A stretch of DNA of 64,000 nt from Octopus sinensis (GCF_006345805.1 NC_043009.1:34224001-34288000); one strand, 5' to 3'. Shown: positions 11,533 through 24,778, numbered from the stretch's first letter. Program-made: numbers and translations. Notes: generated by a model from the letters alone, not told the origin.

Positions 11533-14500
11533 GTTGTTGTTGTTATTGTTTCCTATACGCACAGCAGATTAAATTGCTGGAAAGGAAAATTCCTAACATC
11601 GGGGTATAACAAATAACCTTAGATGCCAAGAACCTTCCTAAGTATCCTAGCTGTCCCTAATAATACTGTTTTCAGGGGCTACACTAAACTAGGTTTTATG
11701 AGTAAGTCCTGGTAATTTGCTATTTTCTCTATACCTCTCATATTGACCGTCTCAAAATTTGAGATAGTAAAGTTAATTACCTGGCACTTTCTACTCTCTT
11801 AGTTTATTACTACTAAATCAGGCCTTCTAGCTTTTAATATTCTATCGGCCTGAATATCAAAATCCCACAGCATCTTACATTTCTTACTTTCTAGCACTTT
11901 ACTAGTTTAATGTTCTTACCATTTATCAGTATGGTCAAATCTTAGCTTTCTGTGGATTATTCTCCCTAAGTTGTCGTGTCTTTTCCAGTATTCTTTCTGT
12001 ATCAGCATAACTAACTATATGAGTAACTCTATCCTCCTTTGATTTACATAACCTACATTGGGAATCTACCTGGTTTTTTTGTCTATCTTGGCTTTTATCC
12101 AATTAGTCTTTAATGCTTGATCTTATGCAGCTACTAACAAACTTCCTGTTGTTTCCCTCTTCGGCTTTACTTTCTGCAAACATAACCATGTCTCACTACT
12201 ACTATTTGCTGCAACTATCTTTGGTAATCTACCATGAAACGCTTTCTCCTGCCAGTCAGATAATTTCTGTTCTTTTTTCTGGTTTTTAACTTCATTTGAC
12301 TTTTTGGTTTCCCTATGCCCTACTGTTGCTCTAGCAGCTCAATAAATTGTCTTCACTATTACCTACATAGGAAGCTTTATCTACTCTAACTAGCTCCACG
12401 CGGTTTTCTTCTGATATCGACCCTCTACTACCTTCCTTTCTAGTAAATATAATTTTGATACTCCTGCTCTTTGGCGAAGGCCTCCATTCATATTGAATTA
12501 CTTCCTAGTTCTTCTGTCTAGATTTGCTAATTCAGATTGTGTCCAATGTACAAAAGCTGCTGAGTATGTAAGTATTGCCCAATTATTTACAGCCTTCACT
12601 TGATTCGGACCATTTAGCTTTGACTTCATTAGCTTCCTCACCCTTCTGATGTATTTCTTCATTTTCATTTTCATTGCTATAGTTAGTATTCTGTCAGATT
12701 CTAATTCTCCTAGATACCTATAACTCTCTCCTTTTTCGGTGATTTTTATGTCTGGCCATCTGGTAATTGGATGCCTTCACTGTTGACTACCTGTCCCTTT
12801 TTTATGACTAACATTTTGCACTGATCTATGCCAAATTCCATACCTATATCCTTACTGAAGAGTCTTACTGTATGTATTAAGGAATATATCTCTTTTTAAT
12901 GTGCTGGTGTGTCTCAGGCAACATAGTTATCATTTAGTATAGAAAGACAACAGGGTGAAGTCGCTAGTAGGAGAGTTTGGGGAGGTGAAAGAGGAGGATG
13001 AAATATTGTAGCTGAATAAATCAGGGGAAGCTAAGTTAAGAGAAGTCAAAAGCAGTTATGAACAAAACAGAGTATGAAAAAGTAAAAACTGAGAAAATAA
13101 AAAGTGTGAAAGGGTGAGAATTTTCGAGATATTTTGGGAACTCTCTGAGAATTTTTGTATTTTTTGCATCGTTCAAAAACGTTTTCTTGGGTTTTTTTTT
13201 TTTGAAGTTTATGTAATCTATTAAAATCTTACCCTTTCACTCATTTTTATTTTCTAAATTTTTACTTTTTCACCTTCTGTTTTGCTCATCAGTGCTTTTG
13301 ACTTTTCTTAACTTCTCTTAACTTCCCCTGACTTATTCAAATACAATAGCCACTTTCCTCTTTCATCTTCCCAACCTCTCCTACTAACGGCGTTATCCTG
13401 TTGTCTTTCTATATTAAACTGTATCTCTTTTTTCTTCTGTCTAAAAATCTTCAAATCATCAGTGTAGAACAAATGGTTCATTTTTCTTTTACTATCTCTA
13501 AACTGACACCCTGCCTTTGCCTTCCTTAATACTAAACTGAGGGGTATTAAACAACACAAATGTTAAAAGGGATAACGAGTCTCCTTTGAAAATTCCTCAC
13601 CTAATATTAATTTTCCTTAAGGCTGTATCACCTGTGTAAAGATCTACTTCCCATTTCTTCATGCTGTAGCAAATCAACTTTCTTATGTTGTCTGTAACAC
13701 TGAATATATATTTCTTTACTACCCACAAGGGGCTAAACACAGAGGGGACAAACAAGGACAGACAAACGGATTAAGTCGATTACATCGACCCCAGTGTGTA
13801 ACTGGTACTTAATTTATCGACCCCGAAAGGATGAAAGGCAAAGTCAACCTCGGCGGAATTTGAACTCGGAACGTAACGACAGACGAAATACGGCTACGCA
13901 TTTCGCCCGGCGTGCTAACGTTTCTGCCAGCTCGCCGCCTTAGTAACACTGAATATACTCAAACATTCACTTATCCATGAGTGTGGAATCATATCGTAAT
14001 CTTTCTTTTAATCTATCCATGCTATTGTTAAGTTTTTCTTTTTAGATTTCACTTCTTTTAGAAATGCTTTGTCTATGTATAATAGATCTTGCGTTCCTCT
14101 AGCGTTCTTCCTGCAATCTTCCTGTCCCTCCGGTAGCAGATTCTGACTGTCAAGGTTCTCGTAAATGCTTTCTGAGAGCATTACCCTTGCTTTTGTCTTT
14201 CATAAGGAGTACTGTTTTCCCTCTAGTCATCTAATCTAGTATTACTTCTCCATTCAGGTAATCCTGAAGTTGTTCCCTAGTCATTCATGTAAGGTACTTC
14301 TTTAACCAGAAGCCTTAAACTAAATTTGTTCCTGGGCCCTTCCAATTCGGCCTAACATTTTACTCAATAATGCACAAGCTACCCTTAGTTCTGGCTGCTT
14401 CTCACTAACCACTTCTTCCCTTATTTTTTTTAACTATGCTACATCTCCATCATGACTGACTGGCTTATCCCAAATATTTCTCCAGAAATGTCTAGCTTCT

Positions 14501-15150
14501 GTATTGGATTTCTCAACTTCAATACTTTCTTCTCCACTGTTTGGCTATTTCTCCCCTTGTCTGTCTCAAACAATCTGTTCTGTTGATACTGATCTATTTT
14601 GGAAAGCTTGTCTGCTGTTGCTATGATACGCTATTTCAACTTTTCCACGACTATCCCAAATCCTTTCTCTTGACTAAATATTTTTTCTCAAGAGAAGATT
14701 TAAATCTTGTATTTCCTAACTTGTTCAGTTTCCAGGCTTCTATTCTACTCAGATCTTGCTTTTAAGTTTTCACTTTATTTTCTAATCTTTTCCACTTTTG
14801 CTCTTCCCTAATCTTTCCTTGAGGAATACCTGATCTTCTAATAAATACTACCCCTTCTGCGTAGATCAATAAGTTAGTGTTGCCTATATTTTTAGTATTT
14901 ATCCTACTGCTAACAGAGTCTGCTTTCCTAGTCATATCTAGCAGCTTCCTTTTGTTGACGCCCTTTAAAGCTGGTAATCTTATCTTTCTTCTTTACTCCA
15001 TGCTTCATACAACTCATCTAAAATTTTCTGACCTTCCTCACTTAAGTCGCTTAAGTTGCTGGTGCCAGTTGTCCCTTCTTGGTCGGTAGTGCTCAATTAA
15101 TCTCCCCTGGCACCCAGAGCTTCCTCTAGGACGTCGTTGCTCTTGCCCAC
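11533..15150 (-). mobile_element. R4/Dong-like non-LTR retrotransposon (RT + CCHC + restriction-like endonuclease), degenerate, near full length
   Basis: Minus-strand frames give KMNHLFYTDDLKIF (RT, ~13450-13490), CRLCKSKEDRVTH..EYWKRHDN (~11970-12060) and KMLWDFDIQADRILKARRPDLVV..EKIANYQDL (~11700-11880). (AAC)n tail at 11533-11549. Many stops and frameshifts. Confidence 0.85.
13709..13942 (-). mobile_element. tRNA-derived SINE inserted in the R4-like element
   Basis: Same family as 3162-3391. 15-bp TSD gtaacactgaatata at 13694-13708 and 13943-13957. Confidence 0.92.
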
Positions 15151-15159
15151 TACTAGTCT

Positions 15160-16117
15160 CCTATAGAATGCTAAGGTGGAACATCCACCGACTGGCAGGC
15201 AGATGAGAGCGCTTGACGACGTTCTAAGTGCCACTCATTTGCCACGGCATGCCTAGTCTTCCACGCAGCAGATGCTGGCAACAAATGGACCACCTGACCA
15301 ATGGAACCCGTCTTTTCACCAAAAAGCAGAAGAGCAAATGTTCCAACCTGATCAACAATAGAGCGATGTAAAGGACAACGGTCAGGCGGTAGAAGATAAT
15401 ACAAGCGATACGCGTTCATCTTCTCTGCCCAAGATATCAGGGTCACTTCCTCTCGGCCCATTTCTGAGTGACACAGGCCTCCCTGCTCGTTATCTCGTCT
15501 CAGTTCTTGCTCAATTAGAGATCCGAACCAAATCAGATCCCAATTTATCAATTCTGTCCAGTACGCCACGATGCTGTTGGATGACATGGACCTAGTTTTC
15601 CAGGTGCCAAGTTGCAGGCCGACATCTGGTTAATTTTCGCTTATCTCATCGCTTCATATTCCCTTAAAGTAAAACCGATCACTTCAACTTTCGAGATGTC
15701 CAACATTATTGCGATGACGTCGTCTGCATAACCCGGATCTTCTGCATTCTCGCGGGATGCCCTTCAGCACCTTCAGCTTCCGTAGGAATGGCTTGAGAGC
15801 CAGCACTTACAGAAACGGTGAGAGGTGGCATCCTTGAAAGACGGAATACGCGATGCTAAAAGATTCCGAAAGCTTACTTTGGCCACTGAGATGTCGCTAT
15901 ACATTGCAGCGATTCATCCGCTATAGATGGGAACGAAACTCACTGCTGCAGGTTGGTACTTGACCTTATCAAGTTTTCGATTCGTCCTAATTGACTATGG
16001 CCCTATCACGAGAGGCGAAGGTTCTCGTAAATAGAGCTGTTTCAGACAGCACGTCTGTGTGACACCGACCAATCTATAAACAAACGACAACCTCTTGGCA
16101 AACACCTTGACCTAAAT
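15160..16117 (-). mobile_element. Tx1/L1-clade RT fragment
   Basis: KVFAKRLSFV..QTC, GCHLSPFL*VLALKPFLRKL and YADDV (~15713-15730). Confidence 0.8.
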
Positions 16118-16499
16118 CTTTTTATCTACGTGTAGAAGAGTTACGGGCATAAAATTATCAATATGATCTCCATTGTTTGTGTTCTCCCTCACCAGCACTC
16201 CCACACCTCAGCTCACAGACGCGTTCAGCTTCCAATATCCGGAGCTTATCTCGTCGACTATACAGATCACAAATTTATGATCTGTGCAGCTGATGGCTTT
16301 AAATTGTTGACTGCCTATGCTATTTCTATTGGATAGCCTTCAGATAACTCTCTCTAGATATGACCAGCAGATACGAAACCGAAGTGACTTTAAAAAGGCC
16401 GAACCCTTAAAAAGGTCACGGATGGGTAATGCACATACGCTCACAAACAAAACACAATTACAGCTAATCACCTGGGTGTACACACACAACCGCCTACAC

Positions 16500-16816
16500 A
16501 CATACATACATGCATGCATACATACATACATACAAATATACATACATACATACATACATACATACATACATACATACATACATACATACATACATACATA
16601 CATACATACATACGTACGTACACACATATATATAATGTAAATAAGCAACAAGGATCTACAAGTGTCAAAACATTATGGCCGTTTCAAGTGGCTCCGTTTA
16701 ATTGATCAATGAAAACATTACATCAATTTGAAAGAGAGCCGTTTATTTCAAATTGATGTAATGTTTTCATTGATCAATTAAACAGAGACGCTTGAAACAA
16801 TATATATATATTGTAC

Positions 16817-16912
<96 letters not shown>
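16500..16912. repeat. (TACA)n and (TA)n microsatellites
   Basis: Direct reading. Confidence 0.9.
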
Positions 16913-16914
<2 letters not shown>

Positions 16915-17170
16915 CGGGAAGCTTTATGAAAATAAACAAAAGACGAAGGCAGGTGGAATACAAACAAACAATTGTATTAGTATGGCGCTCAGGAATATAA
17001 ATAAAACAAGTCTTTTACGTTTCGAGCCTGCGCTCTTCAGTTTCCGACTACCAAATCCATTCATAAGGCTTTGGTCGGTCCGAGGCTATAGTAGAAGACA
17101 CTTGCTCAAGGTGTCACGTTTTGTGACTGAACTCGGAACCATGTGGTTGCGAAACAAGCTTCTAACCATA
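16915..17170 (-). mobile_element. PLE-like terminal fragment (16915-17037) fused to a SINE 5' half (17035-17170)
   Basis: gtcttttacgtttcgagcctgcgctcttc runs straight into cagtttccgactacc...ggaaccatgtggttg. Confidence 0.7.
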
Positions 17171-17339
17171 TAGTATACAAAACAATAGGGATCACAGTGA
17201 TCGTGGTCATTAGATCAGTAGTTTCCAGCAAATGATTTGTTAATGAATAGATTGATTAAGAAATGATTTTTCTGTTACCAAAATGGAACTATCTTTTTCT
17301 GGATATTAGTTTTCTTTTTATCATTTGTTTGTTTTGATA

Positions 17340-20100
17340 CTCTTGTGTGGGTAGATTTGAGGGAGTGTCCACTTTCTTTTAAGGTCCAAATGGCGCACAA
17401 CTTTTCAACTCCCAAATGGCGCACAGTTTTTCATGGCAGTCGGCCGAGATATCACATTTGTAGCGATGCAAACCACTTAAGGGTTTTTGTACTCACTGCA
17501 AAAAAAGGACGCCCCACCCTCTACTTCTACCACCTCTATCATAGCAGTAACATTAACATCAAAAGCAGCAGCAGCAGAAACACCAACAACAGCAGCAGCA
17601 GCAACAATGCCAAGAGTAGCGGCACCAAAAACAACAGCAGCAGCGCCAGATGGAGCAGCAGGAGAGGTTCACTCAACAATATCAACAGCAAAAGCATCGC
17701 CTAAACCATCACAACCGAAAGAAGCCTCACCTCATGAGTCGAGCAAACCACGGACATAGAAATGCGCGACTCCGAAGACATACCCCTCCTCCTGCCATAG
17801 ACTTCTCCGACTGTGAAAACTCAAAACCAGCAGAATGGATTTTGTGAAGGGAAAAGACAAAAAAAGAACATGAAAAGCGTGGCACCAGACTATAAACGAA
17901 GAGATCAGAGGAAGAGATACATAAACGAGCATACAATCACACATCCACGTACTCGACACCAGCGAAACCACAAACATCAACACTAGAAATACTACGAACG
18001 TACACAACACCCTACAACAAACGAAAACACACACTAATACCCAACAACTTGAAAGGCACTTCCAAAGCATCACAAGATATACAACAATACATAGATATTA
18101 CTCAATGTGAATACATTACAACGCCACATAACACCCCTTGCTCACTTATAAATTATAAAAACAATGCAACAATCTTACAAAATGAAAGCAAAATATCACA
18201 AGGGAATGGGAGATTTCTATGGGACCATGAACAAAAGACTCTTGGGAGTGGGACAACCTTAGGGCATCTAGATGTTTTCTTGGTAACATCCCAGTCATCA
18301 GAGCTAGTGGGCCACTGGAACACCATTTTGGATGCACGTTTGGATTGTGTGGAGCTAAATGATAGAAGAGAAGGTGCAAAGGCCTCGCTAACACGTACAG
18401 GCTGTATTTTCCGAATGTGCCGACGTGAGAATGGACGAACCTCATCAGGTTATTTAGATTTTGCAGTATTTTGCAGGCCAGTAGATAAGTATAACATAGG
18501 TTGTCCTCTTTTTAAAATCATTGGCTATATGGACCACAACTTTGTGATCTGTACGGTCGACCTAGTTAGGTTTCATGGGTAGGCGCTCGGCTACTAAAGG
18601 CTTAATGCATCGATCTCGGCGTGTCAAGCTTACGGAGAGCAGGTTAGTGAATTAGTTAAGTGGTCATTGACGAAGCCAATCGTCCACAACAAATCGTGTT
18701 TTACAGTGAAAAGAGAGATCAGTGTACAATCAGTTTAGGTTTAGTAAAGCCATAGTGACAGAAACAAATAGAATAAAGGGAAATGTTAGAAGAGACGTCT
18801 AGTATAAGCATAGAAACCGACATGCTTGTAGTGATATTGGTCCTCCATAAATTTTTCAACGCTAAGCACCAAGATTGCATTGTCAGAGCTAAGGTGCGTA
18901 TTCGATGGGTCCAAGCAGTAGACGCGCAACGTGGCAACAGAGTCTCAATTTTTGTCTTTAGTGGACAAAATGGGTGCATGCAACTTGAGCTCGAGCTCGT
19001 GTGCGGCATTTCAGAAGCATTCTGCTCGACTGTTTGGGATGAATGGTGGACCGGAACGCAGGAAGGACTTCAATACCTATTCTGCTATTTTGACTTCAAT
19101 ACCTATTCTTACCTATGACTCTCGGTAAGGTAAGCAGGATGTAGTAAAAAACCAATAACGGCCGCGGAAATAAGGGAAACGTTGAAACAGATCACCATTT
19201 TGGATTTAGATTTAGTGTGCCTTGAGAGTTTTACTTAAATATATTAGACTTGCTTGGAGACTTCTTGGCAGATATATATCGCAAATGTCGGCAGAACGGG
19301 AGAATTTCTAGTCCTATGAGTCGTGGAACTGTAACACTGCTAGGAAAGGATCCAAACAAGGGGAATTGAGCATATAATTCTAGGCCTGTATCTCTGTTAA
19401 ATGCGGATTTCAAAATTTTGTCCAAGGGGTTAGCGAAGAGATTGGCGCGTGTCGTTCAGACACTGATTGGTGATGTGCAAACATGTGCCATCCCCAGCAG
19501 ATCTATCCACAAAAACCTCCACCGTGTGTCATACATAATAGACAGGGTAGGTAAAGAACCTGACATGGATGTAGCCTGACCAATTTATGGGTTGACCACC
19601 AATACTTGGCTGCCGTTGTCACAGCTGTCGGTTTCGATCCCGTCTTCTGCGGCTGGAGTGCCGCAATGTACAGCGACATCTGCACGGTAGTTTGAGTGAA
19701 TGGTTACCTATGGGAAAGATTCGGAACTATGCGCTCTGTCTGTGAAGGTTATCCCCTCTCGTCTCTTCTTTTGAACAGATACATAGGCTTGATCGGCGCA
19801 GCTGTAAAAGAATACGAGGCGGTGACAGGAGTAAAAAATTAAGCAAGGAAAGTCAATGGGCGGCCTGCAGCTCGGCATGTAAAGAGGTAGATCTATGCTA
19901 CCCAATAGCTTCGTGGGATGCTGGACGGATGGAATCGTTAAATTGCTTGGGGTCTGGTGTTTGTAGACTCTTACAAAGATAAAGTTTTGACAACGACGAA
20001 AGTCATGATGTTCTCACCATTTCCAAAATTCCAGAAGGAATGCTTTTAGTAAGAACGACTTCCACAATATATCATATTTTGAGAAAACATTTACCACATG
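17340..20100 (+). mobile_element. Tx1/L1-clade LINE, degenerate (ORF1 end, APE endonuclease, linker, RT)
   Basis: GSRPRYHICSDANH (knuckle relic), VGHWNTILDARLD..YLD..GYMDHNFV (APE), and SRPVSLLNADFKILSKGLAKRLARVVQTLIGDVQTCAIP (RT). Confidence 0.8.
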
Positions 20101-20199
20101 GTGTGGGAGTATTCAAAAACTTGTTAGACAAAAGGGTATGTGAAGGCTCATACAAAGGTCCCGATAACGGACCGACCCAAGACTAGGATAAGTAACTGA

Positions 20200-20642
20200 C
20201 TTCACTTTTTGTTTCTTTCGCTCTTCCTGGAATGGCAAGTCTAAGAGTAGATTGAATAAATGCTCGTGGCCTAGGGGCAGATGGAAGCAGGGTTACCTAC
20301 TCGACCATTTCAGATCACTCTGGATGCAGAAACCAGTTTGGCAGGCCCGAGTAATAGAGGCGCAACGTGATAAAATCACAATTCAGTCTTTGATGGACGA
20401 AAATGGGTACATGTTACTCAACCCGTGCAGATATGCGTGTCATTTCAGCAGCATTTCATTGGGCTGTTTGGGACGAATAGCCGAACAGAACTCAGGATGG
20501 ATTTCACTGCCTAATTCGACGACCTGCTCCGACTTTCGTTAAAGAAAGTGGAGCATTACAAAAAGTCTATTAGCAGCAGAAATACAGAAAGCAATGATGG
20601 GCTGCACGGAGAGCAAATGACCTGGTTTGGATGGTCTGCCCA
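20200..20642 (+). mobile_element. Second, internally deleted Tx1-like fragment
   Basis: INARGL (endonuclease start) joined to a linker homologous to 18900-19080, ending PGLDGLP. Confidence 0.65.
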
Positions 20643-21737
20643 CACCGACTTCCATTTGTTTGCCTCTCAAGAATAAATTCTTAAATGAAGTCACACACCG
20701 AAATATTATACAAAGGAAACTGCAACTATGGCTAAACTAAAAATAGCACCCACCTAAACAGTAAAGACTAAAAGATCTGTTCACACAGGAATAGAGAAAT
20801 TGACGGTGGGGTGAAGTGACTGTGATTTAACGAATGGCGGACACAGGAATTTAACGGGGGAAAGTAATGTTCAATTAATTAAAAGAAAAAAATTAGAATT
20901 AAACATCGGAAACTGGAAATTAAAAAAGTAAAATAATGTATTGAAATAGCTAACTACATAGCAAAAATGTTGTATACACTGCTTCATTATAACGATCTCA
21001 AATTGGTTACGATAGTTTTTATAGCTTTATTGATAAACCCAATAACATATTTCCTCATTAAAATTCGTTTTTTTTTATTAAACTCTTTGTTATATGCGCC
21101 AAAGGAACATGTAGCTTTCCCATTAGCAAGGTCTAAAGTTCGCACTAAACGCAGCTCATAGACTTGTATATAACAAAGAAATTTAAAATATTTGAAAATA
21201 CATATATGAAAAGGAATTATTTCCATTTTTAGGGACATTCTTGTTACGGATATTTCGAGTTTATGGCGTCCAAGCGTTACTAATCTTCAGATCTTGGCTA
21301 AAATTCCTGTAGTAATACATTAATTTGAATCATCATGTCATTCATAATGGCCAATGTGCTCCGCTGTCTGAATTTTGGACAGAAAATCCTTACTACATTT
21401 CTTTTAAACGAGAAAGAAAGCATTAAGATTAAGTGGGTGTGTAACTCGAGGGATTTTGTACTGAAAATAGTTGAGGCACTAAATTGACTGAAAACAGTCA
21501 AAAAAACGTTATTTCAAAAAAAAAAAAAGAGAGAGAAAATACTGTGTCAAGGGAAGTTATTCAAAATATATAAATATATGTTACTTCCCTTGTTCTGCAA
21601 CTGGTGAGTCATTTCATCTACATTTGGAACTCTTCGGTTTGGACAGGGAACACCACGGTTTGGAACTTCGTGGTTTATTCACACGCATACATATCTGCAT
21701 ATATGAAACAGTTTCAATAATACAAATCCCAAGACCG

Positions 21738-22152
21738 GGATCTTTTCGGTTTGAACGGCAGTTTTTTCTAGCGGTGTCATATGAAATTGTCACCCATAAT
21801 TATGACCCTAGTATCGATCTATTGCATTTCAATCTGTTTTAGGGTTAGGGTTAGGGGTGGGGGAAAGGGTAACTTTTTTTCTTCAGAAATGTAAATAAAC
21901 TCAATCTGTTTCTTAAACGAGGGACATATTCATACGGCACAGAATGTTTTCACCTCAATAGACGTCATTGATTGGTTGAAATTGCAGAAATTGAAGAAAA
22001 AACAATAAATATCTTACAAACTATAGAATTTTCTCAATAAAGCTAAGAGAAAATGATGTTTTATAAACACATTCTACCAGTATACGAAGTTTAAAAGTGT
22101 TTAGTTACGTGGAAATTATTTTTAAAAACTGCCGGTCAAACCGAAAAGATCC
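21738..22152. mobile_element. MITE copy 3
   Basis: Same TIRs. TSD caagaccg (21730-21737) / caagactg (22153-22160). Confidence 0.9.
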
Positions 22153-22240
22153 CAAGACTGTTTTGGTTTAAACAAAAGACCCTTGCAAATATACTGAACC
22201 TTATATATTGAAATATATGTGTGTGTGAATATATATAAGC

Positions 22241-22920
22241 AATAATAAATCTCTGAGCGAGATATAAACAGTAGCCGCACGATATCGGGAAGTATATTTG
22301 CCACCTAAATGTGGCTAACCCTCGAGAGTTGATGCTACTGTAGCTTGTAACCCCAACAAAACATCTCCTCCAGCTGGCTATTGACACACTTCCTGTGCCC
22401 TATCAGTATTTGCAAAGGGAAGTCATCGTTCCCATCTCCAGGCTGACGTGATATACACGGACCCAAGTTTCTGAGTATTGGCCCGTTGGTGATGGGAAGT
22501 GATTCTCAATGCGAATATATATACTTTTTCCAGTGACGAAAACTCACTGATCTCGGAAAAGTGGAAACCATAATAATAAATCTGTGAGCGAGGTATAAAC
22601 AGTAGCCGCACAACATCGTGAAGTATATTTGCCTCCTAAATGTGGCTTTCGAGATCAGTGACTTTTCGTCACTGAAAAAGTATATATATTTGCATTGAGA
22701 ATCGCTCCCCATTGCCAACCAGTTGTTGTCACAGGCTGATGACATGGGTCCGTGTGTATCATGTTAGGCTGGAGATGGGAGCGATGAATTCCCCTTGCAA
22801 ATACTGACAGGGCACAGGTAGTGTGTCAATAGCCAGCTAGAGGAGATGTCTTTCTGGGGCTACAAGCTACAGTAGCATCAACCTGGGTTTAGTCACATTT
22901 AGGTGGCAAATACATTTCAC
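22241..22920. repeat. Long palindrome (arms ~22287-22559/22647-22920) whose spacer is a direct repeat of 22241-22317
   Basis: Arms are recognisable reverse complements over ~270 bp. The unit aataataaatct.tgagcgag.tataaacagtagccgcac...cctaaatgtggct occurs at 22241 and 22572. ctgatga relic at 22736. Confidence 0.85.
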
Positions 22921-22929
22921 AATATATAT

Positions 22930-23140
22930 ATATATACACATATATATTTGCCAAGTTGGACCACTGAGCCGAACACATTTTTTTCATTCTCTCTATTTTC
23001 ATTTCTTTTTATACCTTTCTGTCAAAGAGCGTAGGCTCGAAATGTAAATGACTTTTCCATTTTTCCCAAGTGTCAAACTAATGCATGTGCTTGTTGTTTC
23101 CACCTGTCTTCGTCTTTGTTTTTCTATAAATTTGAACTAT
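22930..23140 (+). mobile_element. PLE-like terminal fragment with mutated HHR-like motif (23015-23050)
   Basis: cttt CTGTCAA A GAGC GTAG GCTC GAAA TGT A AATG. Confidence 0.5.
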
Positions 23141-23159
23141 ATATATATATATCCTTTAT

Positions 23160-23312
23160 ATTTCAGTCATTAGAGGGTACAGCCTTGAACATTTAGTTGA
23201 ATGAATCAATACTTTTTAACTTTAAGCCTGATACTTATTATATCGGCCTCTTTTTGATGAACTGCTAAGTCACGGGGACATAAACAAACCACACAAGTTG
23301 TCAAGCTGTGGT

Positions 23313-23360
<48 letters not shown>

Positions 23361-23505
23361 ACAGGATTCTCTCAGTTTCTGTTTCCCAAATCCACTGACA
23401 AGACTGTAGTTAGCTACAGTAGAATACACTTGCCCAAAGTACCACACAGTGGGACTGAACCCAGGACCATGTGGTATGGAAGCAAGCTTCTTACCACACA
23501 GCTTC
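23160..23505 (-). mobile_element. Diverged tRNA-derived SINE
   Basis: Same family as 6203-6624. Confidence 0.8.
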
Positions 23506-24020
23506 TCTTTCTCTCTCTCTCTATCTATATATCTAAGTTAAAATCAAAGTTTAAATTTAAAACTTAAACTTTATGTTTTGGGTTTGTCCTTAGTAGTATG
23601 CTGATAAAGCATATTCACTGTGTATGGCTACCTGGTGTCATCCATGGTAATTGCACAATCATTGCTGGATCTATGTTAGCAATTCCTCGGTGTACATTGA
23701 GTATAGTAGAAGCAATAGATACAGAAGATAGAATATACTGGAAACTTTATTTATCACGATTATTTCAACACATCCTACATCACACCCTCGTAGATGGGGA
23801 AACTATATGATGAACTACAGTGCATCCCAATGTGCAGAAGCATCATGATGTACACAGTTTCTCATTTCGTAAGCAATGTTTTGTTCTTAATATCAGCTAC
23901 AGCCTGTTGATAACAGTCGTATCTAAAATACATTGAGAAAGAAATAACAAAAGCTAGACTCAGTTGCTAAACTATGGAAACAAAGAAGAAGCATTCAAGA
24001 AAAATAATACAAAACAAATA

Positions 24021-24190
24021 AGGAAAATAAAACATACAATAAATTAAAACAAAACACAGTTATGTCCATATCTGTCACGCTGTTCTGTAGACTAGCTAGA
24101 TTTATTACCAGAAGCTAGTTGACAGAACAGCGGGACAGATACTGACACATTTAATAGTGTGTTTTATTTTAATTTATTGTATACTTTCCT
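24021..24190. repeat. Inverted repeat, arms ~24021-24098/24113-24190
   Basis: aggaaa..tacaataaattaaaa..tatctgtcacgctgttctgt is mirrored by acagaacagcgggacagata..ttttaatttattgta..tttcct. Confidence 0.75.
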
Positions 24191-24289
24191 GACCATGACA
24201 TTTTCCTCCCTACTTAACCATCTCTAGCATTTTTAAATAAGGAAACTTACCTCATTGAAAAATATAAACCAAAACTTAACCACTTCTAA
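24190..24289 (+). pseudogene. C-terminal remnant of a Penelope-like GIY-YIG endonuclease
   Basis: 24239-24289 translates as KETYLIEKYKPKLNHF*, matching the E..xI.K..P.LN end of PLE ORFs. Short match. Confidence 0.5.
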
Positions 24290-24778
24290 CATTTTATTCT
24301 ATCAAAATCAAATAATGTTAAATTAACAAAACCTAATCGTTCCCAACATTTTTGATTATCTCCCTTATACTGAAAAGATCTCCGATAACCTCTGGAACTC
24401 TCCTACATCACACCATAGCGAAGAGATAACATAATATCGGTAAAGAAATTTGAGAAAATACGAAACCGGTTATCTCTCCAAAACCAATGTCACTACACAC
24501 AAAATTTTATAACATTTTCCTGTATGTATGTATATATATATATATATATACAGAAGATTTCTGCTGGTGTTTTGCAATCTGCATGACGGCACCACAGCTG
24601 GAAACCATTAGCCAAGGTCGAAGGGAGACAATCGTTTACCTTCGTGGTGCTTTGGTGACCGCATGGCAGTGCGGCCGAAGACAGATGGACGATGGGAGAT
24701 AATCACCTAAGGTTTTACCTTTAAAAATGAGGATTTTCTCCCTCTATATTTTAAAGAGATCTCAGGCTAGCAGTATTT

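Noticed and set aside
17487-17759. Ala/Thr-rich mucin-like ORF
   Set aside because: Low-complexity (CAG/CAA) region between ORF1 and ORF2 of the Tx1-like element.
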